Part shown: piece by piece, positions 38,755 through 47,936 of the stretch
Layout: each line of letters opens with the position of its first letter
Numbering within the stretch: the stretch's first letter is position 1
DNA from: Paraglaciecola arctica
GTDB taxonomy: Bacteria; Pseudomonadota; Gammaproteobacteria; Enterobacterales; Alteromonadaceae
DNA length: 50,499 nucleotides
NCBI GenBank assembly: GCA_003232445.1
Contig: QIJM01000245.1
Location: forward strand, 1 to 50,499
Reading direction: 5' to 3'
Program-made: the position numbers and the translations under genes
Notes under the pieces: model-generated
Seen by the model: the letters and a program-made list of their open reading frames with translations, nothing else
Told to the model about the DNA's origin: nothing
The model's database searches: none

Positions 38755-40641
38755 ATGTTTCTATTTATTTCCACAAAAAATCCACAAAAAATCCACAAAA
38801 ACATCATACTGCATGATTTCGAAATCTTCCAAAAAATGCTAACTGCACATTTTCCGAAACTTTTAGATAACCTCATATTGATTGAGAAAGGAAATACACA
38901 AATTGCCTTCCTTGCCTTCCTTGACGGTATTGCAAAGATCAAACCAAAAGTTAATTTTTCACACTTAAATGAAAAAAAAATTAATAAAAGTATACTCTTA
39001 GGCGATTACGCCGATTCTAAAATTTGCTTGGCTTCGTCTTTAAACGGCGAAAACTGCACCTCAACAGAGAGAGTTGCACAAGAATTGAGCAAAATGTTTG
39101 CCGAACATAAAGGTGAAGTATTTGCTGAGCTAGAAAAAAGTTTTCTACTTGTGGGCTTGGCAGCTGATGAAAATAGTATCCATATAGCAACAGCCCCCCT
39201 TGGTTCTCGTTCGATATACTGGATCGAGGAGGATAATGGGGTAATGATTTCTACCGACTTGCAGTTTATTAAAACCATGCTGGGTAGGGAATTAAAGCTT
39301 TCTGAGCGCGGTTTGTCTAGTTGGTTGAGCGGCTACCCTAACCCTGCAATATCACTTTTTGAAGAAATAAACGTGTTACCTATTGGTTACAGGCTCCTGT
39401 CAAACAGGGCTAAAATCATTAAATTTTGGGATATTGAACCCGAAGATAAAGTCAGTTTTGATAGCCAAACAGAATATTCGGAACGTTTCTTTGACTTGTT
39501 AAATAGTAGCGTTGCTAATGCCTGTGATTCTGAGCAACAGATAATTGCTTCACAAATGAGTGGTGGTTTAGATTCAACAAGTGTCACAGCTTTGGCTAAC
39601 GACTATTTAAGTGCATCAGACAAAAAGGTTGTGCCTTTATCCCATATATACACGCAATCTGAAAAATCTGATGAAAGTCAATTGATTAAGGATATGCTGA
39701 GTTTTTTAAAAATTGATCAAAATATTCAAATGTTGGTAGATGAGGGCGAAGACCGAGACTTTTTGGCGTTGTATCCATCTGACCTAGAAAGCCCAGGAAC
39801 AGTACTATCCCCTCGATATGTAAAAGAATTAGCCTTAGTTAAGCATGCAGGCGCCGATGTACTACTTACAGGTAACGGCGGTGATGAGATGTGCTGGGGA
39901 CATAGCGCAGCCTATACACAAAGGTTCAAGGAAGGCGATTGGCGAGTCATCACTGAAGTACTTAAGGCGTGCGTCGCGATTGGCATGTCGAAACGCCAAA
40001 CGCTATCAAATTTATTTGTGAAACCTTTTGTACCAGAAATAGTGTTAAAAATGCTGACAGTTAGAGGAAAAGCTCAAAATGAACAAGCTGTACCTATTTG
40101 GTTAACCGATAAGGCAAAGTCATTAGCGGTTGAGGAAACACGTATAGATAACCCATTTGATATAAAGACCGATCCTGTGGGTTACAATAGATACGAAAGT
40201 CTTAAAACAACCTCTACTTACAATGCCGTTCGTTCTTATGAAAAAGTAGCCCAACAATTTGATATTGATGTGCGCCATCCATTTTTTAATACAAAACTAG
40301 CTGAGTTTTCCTTTGCTATCCCAGCTAAACAATTGATTCAAGGATCCTATCCAAAATGGTTATTACGCCATAGCATGCAAGGCCATTTGCCTGAAAGTGT
40401 CTGTTGGAATCTTAAAAAGACCACATTTGACCAGCACTTTGGCAATTTAGTCAGAGAGAACGCTAGTGAATTACGAGAAGTGCTTAAGGATCCGCGGTTA
40501 GCTGATATGGGGCTTGTTAATCAGTCTTTGTTATTGGCCGAGTTTGATAGGGTAGTGACAAACCCCGTTGCCTCAGTGCAGGTAGATTTGTTGTACGCGA
40601 TACTGACCTTTTCTTGGTTAAAAACCCATTTTCCCCACTAG
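38755..40641 (+). CDS. Lasso peptide cyclase (asparagine-synthetase-like)
   Basis: SGGLDST, LTGNGGDE, RHPFF, KWLLRHSMQGHLPESV; no N-terminal Cys of the AsnB glutaminase; start uncertain (38734/38755/38836). Confidence 0.88.
   Translation: MFLFISTKNPQKIHKNIILHDFEIFQKMLTAHFPKLLDNLILIEKGNTQIAFLAFLDGIAKIKPKVNFSHLNEKKINKSILLGDYADSKICLASSLNGENCTSTERVAQELSKMFAEHKGEVFAELEKSFLLVGLAADENSIHIATAPLGSRSIYWIEEDNGVMISTDLQFIKTMLGRELKLSERGLSSWLSGYPNPAISLFEEINVLPIGYRLLSNRAKIIKFWDIEPEDKVSFDSQTEYSERFFDLLNSSVANACDSEQQIIASQMSGGLDSTSVTALANDYLSASDKKVVPLSHIYTQSEKSDESQLIKDMLSFLKIDQNIQMLVDEGEDRDFLALYPSDLESPGTVLSPRYVKELALVKHAGADVLLTGNGGDEMCWGHSAAYTQRFKEGDWRVITEVLKACVAIGMSKRQTLSNLFVKPFVPEIVLKMLTVRGKAQNEQAVPIWLTDKAKSLAVEETRIDNPFDIKTDPVGYNRYESLKTTSTYNAVRSYEKVAQQFDIDVRHPFFNTKLAEFSFAIPAKQLIQGSYPKWLLRHSMQGHLPESVCWNLKKTTFDQHFGNLVRENASELREVLKDPRLADMGLVNQSLLLAEFDRVVTNPVASVQVDLLYAILTFSWLKTHFPH
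38770..38801. repeat. 11-bp tandem repeat TCCACAAAAAA, about 3 copies
   Basis: tccacaaaaaa tccacaaaaaa tccacaaaaa. Confidence 0.9.
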
Positions 40642-41099
40642 AAAAGTTTTTTTAGAATGGAAGTGTTGTTAGTGTCTATATTTATTTCCTCTAAAACGAC
40701 GTATTCAGCAATTGTCTGTTCAGAGTCGTTAATAATGCGGTTATTGTGAGTTAGCCAACAATGAGCTGAAAATTCACCTTGTTGTTTTTTGACACCTATC
40801 ACTAGGTTAGTTGTGATATTCAAACTATTTAGTAAAATCCTTTGCACCATGCATCTGCGTAAACAATTAACCTGCATAAAATGATGCCTCCCTACACTTT
40901 CAATGACTGCTACTATTCGTCTTGTTTCAGCCAAAGTAACATCAGTGCTGTTAGACAAATTTTGTTTAAAGACAATATTGTTTTTCCAAAACTTATATGG
41001 CACATGTGAAATAAGAACATGCCAGTATATAAATAGACACCAACTACGAAAAGCAATGCGTTTGTATTTGAAGGGTAGGGCGATAAAGCTTTTTATCAT
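40638..41099 (-). CDS. Lasso peptide leader peptidase B2 (transglutaminase-like)
   Basis: NCLRRC, LVIGV, FSAHCWL; follows PqqD-like gene; start 41099 or 41120. Confidence 0.9.
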   Translation of the reverse strand: MIKSFIALPFKYKRIAFRSWCLFIYWHVLISHVPYKFWKNNIVFKQNLSNSTDVTLAETRRIVAVIESVGRHHFMQVNCLRRCMVQRILLNSLNITTNLVIGVKKQQGEFSAHCWLTHNNRIINDSEQTIAEYVVLEEINIDTNNTSILKKLF

Positions 41100-41103
41100 G
41101 GAG

Positions 41104-41358
41104 CTATTGAGCAAGACCACAATTTTTTAGTTCCTGCATCAATGCATTAAAATCCTCTACTACTTCGTTAGATGTAACATTAAACTGACTGCTAATACTG
41201 GCTGCAATTTCCTCAATAGACTGCCCTTTCTGGAAGTGCTCAAGCATCAAGGCACCGATTTCATTTAGGGTGTAATAATCGCCACTTTCTGGCTCAAGTA
41301 TGACTATTTCGTCTACTACCTTTTGGATCAGTAGTCCCTCTTTTAATACAACATTCAT
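41104..41358 (-). CDS. RRE / PqqD-family leader-binding protein B1
   Basis: 84 aa; VDEIVILEPESGDYYTLNEIG, D...LMQELKNCGL. Confidence 0.9.
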   Translation of the reverse strand: MNVVLKEGLLIQKVVDEIVILEPESGDYYTLNEIGALMLEHFQKGQSIEEIAASISSQFNVTSNEVVEDFNALMQELKNCGLAQ

Positions 41359-41379
41359 TTTTAGTTCCTTTAGTTAGAC

Positions 41380-43047
41380 TCACTTTTCTTGATTTAACTC
41401 GCCATTATCCAGTCTATACACCACATCTGCTACATCACTGAACGAAGGGTCATGAGAAATGACTATAACCGTATATTCACTAAACAAACGTTTGAACTCA
41501 TCTTTAAAAGACTGACGGGAAAATTCATCAAGCATAGAAGTTGGCTCGTCGAGCAGTAATATATGCGGTTCTAATAATAGTGCTCGAGCCAGAGATACAC
41601 GCTGTTTTTGCCCGCCAGATAACAACACACCACCTTCTCCTACAGCGGTTTGATATCCCAGTGGCAAGTCTTGAATAAATCTATCTGCTCCAGATATGTG
41701 ACAGGCTTGAAGCATTTTTTCCATGTTTGGGTCAATCACGCCATACGTAATATTGTCGGTAATAGTGCCGTTGCACAACAATACATCTTGCGAGACCATA
41801 CCAATAGCAGCGCGTACCGAAGAATTATTAACCATCGCAATATCTTGATTGCCAATTAATATTTGCCCTTTAGTCGGCTCATGAAACTTCATCAATAAAT
41901 GCAGTAGTGTGGTTTTTCCACCACCATTTTCACCATACAACAACATGGTTTGTTTGGCCTTTAACTTAAATGACAGGGATTCAAACACAGGTGATACGCC
42001 CTTAAAAGCAAAGGAGATGTTGTTGAAAGTGATATCTGCATTGTCTATCGATAAATGTTGATTAGAACTTGGCTGAGGTTCTGATTCCAAATGATAAAAT
42101 TTGAATAATCTGTCCGATGCCCCAATAACCTGCTGCACTTGGCCATACAAACCTGCCAGCGCGCCTAATGGCCTAGTAAATATTAGCCCATAAAGCATAA
42201 GGCTAATTAAATCAGGGATACTGATAGTGCCAGTTTGAAAGCGCATAAAACTTATTACCACTACTATCAGTACAGCAATAGATGCCATAAATTGTACTAA
42301 TGGAGACAATATAGCTTGCAGCCTGAGTTGTTGACTTCGAAGCTCAAGTATTTCAGTGGTTTTGTGTTTGAACTTGTCAGATTCTGAAGATTCTCGGTTA
42401 AAGGCTTTTATTAATGAAATAGCCCCAATATTTTCGCTGGCTATAGCCATTGAGTCGGCTTGACCTTGGATTAATGCTCTGGAAATAGGCTGCATGCCGC
42501 GGCTTACAAATTTTAATACTATAAATATAGCGGGCACGAAAAAAATAATCAGTAGGGCAACAGTGGGCTCTATTCTAAACATTAAAATCGACGCGCCAAT
42601 TAACACCAAAACACTAGGCACTAAATTAGTCAAAACGCTTGATGCAAAATAGCTAATAACTGCTAAATCATTACTCAGCATGGATAACACATCACCACGT
42701 TTATTTTCTTTAAAATACTGAATAGGCATCACTTGAATATGGTCATATAGTCGACAACTAAGTTTAGCCATTAAACGTGCGCCAATTAAGTTGACGTTAT
42801 AAGTAGATAAAAATTTCAGTAGGGCGTGAATACCAAATAAAACAAACCACAGAAGTAAAATGTAGGTATGAGTTGGATCCATGCCTGTGGCATTAGCGAT
42901 AAAATACTCAGAATATTGACCTGCAAAAAAAGGCACACTCAAGCTTACGGCTGTTTCGCAAACCATGAGAAACACCACATAGGCAAAAGCTATTTTGTGT
43001 TCTTTGAATACTTTGAAACCATATTCAAATTTAAGGGTGTTAAACAT
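41380..43047 (-). CDS. ABC exporter (fused TMD-NBD), probable lasso peptide exporter
   Basis: Six-TM domain, GENGGGKTT, LSGGQKQR, LLLDEPT, ISH; no C39 peptidase domain. Confidence 0.88.
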   Translation of the reverse strand: MFNTLKFEYGFKVFKEHKIAFAYVVFLMVCETAVSLSVPFFAGQYSEYFIANATGMDPTHTYILLLWFVLFGIHALLKFLSTYNVNLIGARLMAKLSCRLYDHIQVMPIQYFKENKRGDVLSMLSNDLAVISYFASSVLTNLVPSVLVLIGASILMFRIEPTVALLIIFFVPAIFIVLKFVSRGMQPISRALIQGQADSMAIASENIGAISLIKAFNRESSESDKFKHKTTEILELRSQQLRLQAILSPLVQFMASIAVLIVVVISFMRFQTGTISIPDLISLMLYGLIFTRPLGALAGLYGQVQQVIGASDRLFKFYHLESEPQPSSNQHLSIDNADITFNNISFAFKGVSPVFESLSFKLKAKQTMLLYGENGGGKTTLLHLLMKFHEPTKGQILIGNQDIAMVNNSSVRAAIGMVSQDVLLCNGTITDNITYGVIDPNMEKMLQACHISGADRFIQDLPLGYQTAVGEGGVLLSGGQKQRVSLARALLLEPHILLLDEPTSMLDEFSRQSFKDEFKRLFSEYTVIVISHDPSFSDVADVVYRLDNGELNQEK

Positions 43048-43082
43048 AGTGATTGTCAGTCCATATACTGAAAATAAAAGTT

Positions 43083-43100
43083 ATTCAAACATGGTGCCAA
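43083..43100 (-). promoter_or_regulatory. Sigma-54-like -24/-12 promoter for ABC-B1-B2
   Basis: Minus strand TTGGCACCATGTTTGAAT = TGGCAC-N5-TTGA (GA instead of GC at -12), about 35 nt before the ATG. Confidence 0.5.
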
Positions 43101-43313
43101 TTAAACACCGATGATGATGAGTTTGGTCAGTTGGGTTCAAAATTGAAAAAGGAACTTAATACGAGTTGTTTGAGTAGAAGTTTATCTTACCTTGTTTTCT
43201 GGCTAAAAATAAATTGGTTATAACGTTATTTATGTCAATTTACTTTCATTGCTTTTTTTTGCCAGCAAATATCGTTAATGTTGCATGTATACAATTATTA
43301 AAGGATAAGCCCC

Positions 43314-45757
43314 ATGCGTTTTGCTATTATTTGCCTGTTGATTCTTTCAGCGCAGGTTTTTGCTACCAACTCGATTAAACAAACTAGTGTTGTGGACTTC
43401 ACTGCCGATATGCGACATCAAGCCGGTTTTTTTGATTTTTATTATCAAATAGAGACGGACAAAGTTTTCCTCAAAATTGACAAGTTTGATCAGCCTTTTC
43501 TATTTCAAAGCAGTATGCCGATCAGCCTTTTCTATTTCAAAGCAGTATGCCACAAGGTATTGGCTCGAATGATATTGGTTTAGATCGTGGGCAGTTAGGT
43601 GATACTCGGTTGGTGAAGTTTGAGCGTTTTGGTAACAAGGTGCTGCTTAAACAACTGAATACACAGTATCGTGCTAGTTCATCTAATCTTGCCGAACAAG
43701 CGAGTATTGATGAGGCATTTGCTGACTCGGTGATTGCTGGGTTCCCCGTTGTAGCCACTGACGATGATGTGGTTGTCATCGATTATACTGCTTTTTTACT
43801 GTCTGATATTCATCAAATTTCTCAGCGTTTAACTCGCACTAAACAAGGTAGTTATAAAGTTGATCCAAAGCGTAGTGGGGTGTTTCTAAAGCGTAGTAAG
43901 TCATTTCCTGATAATACCGAGTTAGAGGCCTTAGTGACCTTTGGCGGCTCTAAACCGGGTGAGTATGTTAATCAAGTGACCCCCGATCCTATTAGTATTT
44001 CTGTGCATTTACACCATTCACTAGTGAAGTTACCCGATACGGATTATCAGCCCAGAAAATTTGTACCTTTTTCTGGATTTTGGTCGGTGAGTTATCAAGA
44101 TTATTCAGTGCCAATTGAAGATAGTATGACAAAACAGTTTATTCCTCGGCACCGTTTGAGTAAAAAGCAGCCCAACGCGGATATGAGTGAAGCTGTTGAA
44201 CCCATTATCTATTACCTTGACCCAGGTATTCCTGAGCCCGTTATGAGTGCTTTAAAAGACGGTGCATTATGGTGGAATGAAGCATTTAGCGCTATCGGTT
44301 ATAAAAACGCCTTCCAAGTCAAGGTGTTACCTGAAGACGCCGATCCTATGGATGTGCGATACAACGTGATCCAGTGGGTGCATAGGGCTACTCGCGGTTG
44401 GTCTTATGGCTCTTCTGTTATTGATCCTCGTAGCGGCGAAATCATTAAAGGGCATGTCACTTTGGGTTCACTGCGGGTTAAACAGGATTATCTCATTGCC
44501 TTAGGTTTGACCAGTCCGTTTAGTGCTGATGGAGCGCCTGATGATCAAGTGGATACCTCTAAACAAAAAGAGATGGCACTCGCTCGTATCCGTCAACTGT
44601 CTGCACACGAAGTAGGGCATACTCTTGGCATTGCTCACAACTTTGCCGCCAGCGAATATGGCCGAGAATCTGTAATGGATTACCCTCACCCTTTGGTTAG
44701 TGTGCAGGATGGCAAAATTAGCCTAGATAATGCCTACGACGTGGGCATGGGTGAGTGGGATAAATATGTGGTGGCTTATGGCTATCAAGATTACCTCGAT
44801 GCCAATACCGAGCAGCAGGGATTAAAACGTTTAGTTGCCGATGCGAGAGCTAAAGGCTTTAAATATCAGTCCGACCCCGATTCTCGTCAATCGAATGCGG
44901 CCAATGTAGAGGGGCATCTTTGGGATAATGGTGCCGACCCTGTAAAGGAACTCAGTCGTATCAGCGAAGTGCGTGAAGTCGCTATGGCTAACTTTGGTCT
45001 TAAAACGATTAAAACGGGTGCCACTTTGTCGTCATTGGAAGAAACCTTTGCGCCCATTTATTTGTTACATCGTTACCAATTAGATGCCGTGGCCAAGTTA
45101 ATTGGTGGGGTGAGCTACGAGTACGAATCAAAAGGTGATTATGCAACGGCTAAAGGTGTCAAAGTCGTGTCTGCCGATCAGCAAAAAAGTGCGTTAGCTG
45201 CGATGTTAAATACCTTGCATAGTGACTTTTTGAGCATTCCTGAATCATTGGCTCGACTGATCACGCCAAAAGCTTATGGTGAAAGCCGCAATCGCGAAAG
45301 CTTTAAAGGTCGAACTGGCCATACATTTGACCCCATCAGCGCGGCAGAATCTGCAGCAGGTTACAGCCTAAACCTGTTGTTAAAAGCTGAGCGTTTAAAT
45401 CGTATCGGCCAACAAAAAGAACAGTTAAAAGATGCACCTGATTTAGCGTATTTATTGACTGAATTGTTTCAACAGTCCATAAAAGCCGGAATCGATAAAG
45501 ACTACCCGCAGCTAAGTAAACGAGTGAACTATTTAGTGTTGGATCAAGTGGTAAAAGCCATGCAGCAGGAAAACTTGGCACCTGAAGTACGTGGCGAAAT
45601 TGAATTACAATTGATTGATTTACATAAGTGGTTAAAAAACAAAGGCCGTAATGCTCATAATAAAGTGATGGCTCGTCAGTTGGAGCAATATTGGCGTCTA
45701 GGTGAGTGGAAATCGCAGTTCAAATTAAAACCAATGCCGCCAGGATCACCTATTTAG
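43314..45757 (+). pseudogene. Exported zinc metalloprotease (DUF5117/DUF4953-like), frameshifted by a 32-bp duplication
   Basis: Signal peptide in ORF 43314-43583; HEVGHTLGIAHN and SVMDY in ORF 43547-45757; removing one repeat copy joins them (FQSSMPQGIGSNDIGLDRG), 803 aa. Confidence 0.85.
43488..43551. repeat. Perfect 32-bp tandem duplication
   Basis: GATCAGCCTTTTCTATTTCAAAGCAGTATGCC at 43488-43519 and 43520-43551. Confidence 0.95.
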
Positions 45758-45822
45758 TGACTAATTGTTAGGATGGATTGGTATTACCATGCCCACCTTC
45801 TATTCATTTAAACTAATGTTGT

Positions 45823-47223
45823 CTATCCGCGATAGCCGAAAAACTTATTTTTGATAATTTCGTCTGCTACACCTTCGGGTAGGCTTTTTTGCCATCCACC
45901 ATGGCCACTCGTAAGTTGTTTAAGGAGCTTGCGGGAATAAATATTAAATAACGATGGATCACTACATTCGATACCATGTAAAAAGCCATTTTCTAACAAA
46001 TGACGGTACAAAAAGCGTAAATGATCAGGCACTTTTACATCAGTAAATTCTGTTACGTGGTCATCTTCATCCATTTCTGGGTAGATAAACAAACGCGTAT
46101 TGTCTGGAAATAGTTTACCAAAACCCTCTAAAATTCCGCCTTCTACGCCTCGGTAGAAGTTCTCATCGAATATTTGCTTAACGTTAACCATACCCATCAC
46201 TATACCGATTTGTAACTGGGTAAATTGGCGGAAATAGGCTCTGAGAGAGAAGTAGCGGGTGTAATCCGAGACCATTACATTGTAACCAAGGGAATTGAGC
46301 AATTGCACTCTTGCCACAATATCACTTTCTGGCACTTTAGCATCGTTGCCGTGGGCATCGTTAAGGGATATCTCGGCTATAGCAATCGTGTTGCTAGGGT
46401 CGATTCCGGGCAGCGCAGAAAAGGAACTTTGGCCCTGCTCAATCATGTCTACATTTAATTTGGTGACTGGGCGGAATGAGCCTCGAATGGTGAGTATATT
46501 TTTTTTGTATAACATCTCAGCAGGCACCGCCACACTGCCATCAGGTTTGAACATAATGGCGCGAGTTTTCCAGCTACGGATAAGGTGGATGTTTTTAATT
46601 CTATTGTCAGTATCTTCAAAATAAGGGCCTTCAAAATCGATTGAGTCAATTTCAATGCGATTAGCTTTCATACCGTCGGTTAATGAACTAATAATCTGTT
46701 TGGGATTTTCAAAATAATAATAAGCTGCATAAATAAGGTTTACACCCAATACGCCCAAAGCCTGTTGTTGTGCTTCGGCATTGTCATCAAACATTCTGAC
46801 ATGCACTGTGATATTTGATGGTTCAGCACCAGGATACATTTGCACTCTTATACCGCACCAAGCATGGCATTCGTTATTGCGATTAAAACTTTTAGCAGCA
46901 ACAGTGGTTGCGTAGCTGAAATAGCGTGACGACTTTGAGCGAATATCACCGACTCTATCAACCACCAAGTCAAACTCTTGTTCCATCATGGCTTTAACGC
47001 GCCCGTTACTTACATAGCGGCCGTCTTCTTGCACGCCGTAGATTGCATCTGAAAATTTCATGTCGTAGGCAGACATGGTTTTGGCAATCGTACCTGCCGC
47101 CGCACCCGCCAAGAAAAACTGTCGGGCTACTTCTTGCCCTGCGCCAATTTCCACTATGGTGCCGTACTTCTTTTCATCAAGATTAATGCGTAACGCTTTT
47201 TGAGTCGTTGAGCGGGAACTCAC
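45823..47223 (-). CDS. Conserved protein with nucleotidylyltransferase-like fold, function unknown
   Basis: YGTIVEIGAGQEVARQFF, KTMSAYDM, RGSFRPVT; recognised from memory as a family with inconsistent annotation. Confidence 0.6.
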   Translation of the reverse strand: MSSRSTTQKALRINLDEKKYGTIVEIGAGQEVARQFFLAGAAAGTIAKTMSAYDMKFSDAIYGVQEDGRYVSNGRVKAMMEQEFDLVVDRVGDIRSKSSRYFSYATTVAAKSFNRNNECHAWCGIRVQMYPGAEPSNITVHVRMFDDNAEAQQQALGVLGVNLIYAAYYYFENPKQIISSLTDGMKANRIEIDSIDFEGPYFEDTDNRIKNIHLIRSWKTRAIMFKPDGSVAVPAEMLYKKNILTIRGSFRPVTKLNVDMIEQGQSSFSALPGIDPSNTIAIAEISLNDAHGNDAKVPESDIVARVQLLNSLGYNVMVSDYTRYFSLRAYFRQFTQLQIGIVMGMVNVKQIFDENFYRGVEGGILEGFGKLFPDNTRLFIYPEMDEDDHVTEFTDVKVPDHLRFLYRHLLENGFLHGIECSDPSLFNIYSRKLLKQLTSGHGGWQKSLPEGVADEIIKNKFFGYRG

Positions 47224-47312
47224 ACTGTTACGAGACTCGGTTTATCCATGATCTCTCCAAAGGAAGTGGCAAATGGTTGAGTTAAAAGTGAAAAATATTT
47301 ATTGGGTTGTGT

Positions 47313-47900
47313 TTAAGGTTGATTAATTTGTTTTTCAAATTCTTTATCAGACAAATCGCTCTGACCTGGAGCCGGTGCATCCGTGTTTGCATCTGTCGAC
47401 GTACTATTTGAAATATGTACTTCTATCTGCTGCTTCAGAGTGGCAATCTGCTCTTTGGCTTTTGCTAATTCATCTTCTTTCATTTCTAGAGTAAATTTAA
47501 GGCTTGTATTGTTTTGTTGCACGTCTTGCCAGCGCTTCATGGCGCGTAACTGAAACTCAACTCGGGCTTGCAATTCAATGTTACTAAAAGGTTTTAAAAC
47601 GTAGTCAGCAGCGCCATATTCGAAGGCTTTTTCGGCTTCTTCTAATTTAGCGGTAACAAATATTATGGGTATATCTTGCAGTTGAGGATCGGATTTAAAT
47701 ACTCTGGTTGTTTCATAACCATCCCAGCCGGGCATTAGCACATCCATTAATATTAAGTCTGGCTTAAAACTAAGCGCCACTTTATAGGCTCGTTCGCCAT
47801 TGTTGGCTACAGCTATCTCAAAATTTTTATCTTGTAACAAGCGATAAAGTTTCTCCACGCTAGAGGGATCGTCATCAACAATCATTATTTTTTCAGGCAT
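47313..47900 (-). CDS. Response regulator (REC plus coiled-coil tail)
   Basis: IVDDD, ILMDVLMPG, IFVTA, DYVLKPF. Confidence 0.9.
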   Translation of the reverse strand: MPEKIMIVDDDPSSVEKLYRLLQDKNFEIAVANNGERAYKVALSFKPDLILMDVLMPGWDGYETTRVFKSDPQLQDIPIIFVTAKLEEAEKAFEYGAADYVLKPFSNIELQARVEFQLRAMKRWQDVQQNNTSLKFTLEMKEDELAKAKEQIATLKQQIEVHISNSTSTDANTDAPAPGQSDLSDKEFEKQINQP

Positions 47901-47936
47901 TTATGCTTTATCCTTTTGATGTGCAAGATGAATAAA

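Noticed and set aside
38697-38942. 81-aa antisense ORF over the cyclase start
   Set aside because: Shadow ORF with no motif
38755-40641. Housekeeping asparagine synthetase AsnB or EPS amidotransferase
   Set aside because: No N-terminal catalytic Cys, degenerate N-terminal domain, flanked by B1, B2 and a precursor
41104-41358. PQQ biosynthesis gene pqqD
   Set aside because: No pqqA/B/C/E nearby; adjacent to a B2 peptidase
18550-43310. Autonomous mobile island (integrase, att sites, tRNA target)
   Set aside because: No integrase, transposase or tRNA seen; the repeats at the two edges are unrelated to each other
43048-43313. Second lasso precursor in this or other intergenic gaps of the locus
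   Set aside because: No further YxxPxL...T-x-G small ORF found by eye; scan not exhaustive
43547-45757. Lasso isopeptidase
   Set aside because: Known isopeptidases are prolyl-oligopeptidase-like serine proteases; this is an HEXXH metalloprotease linked only by position
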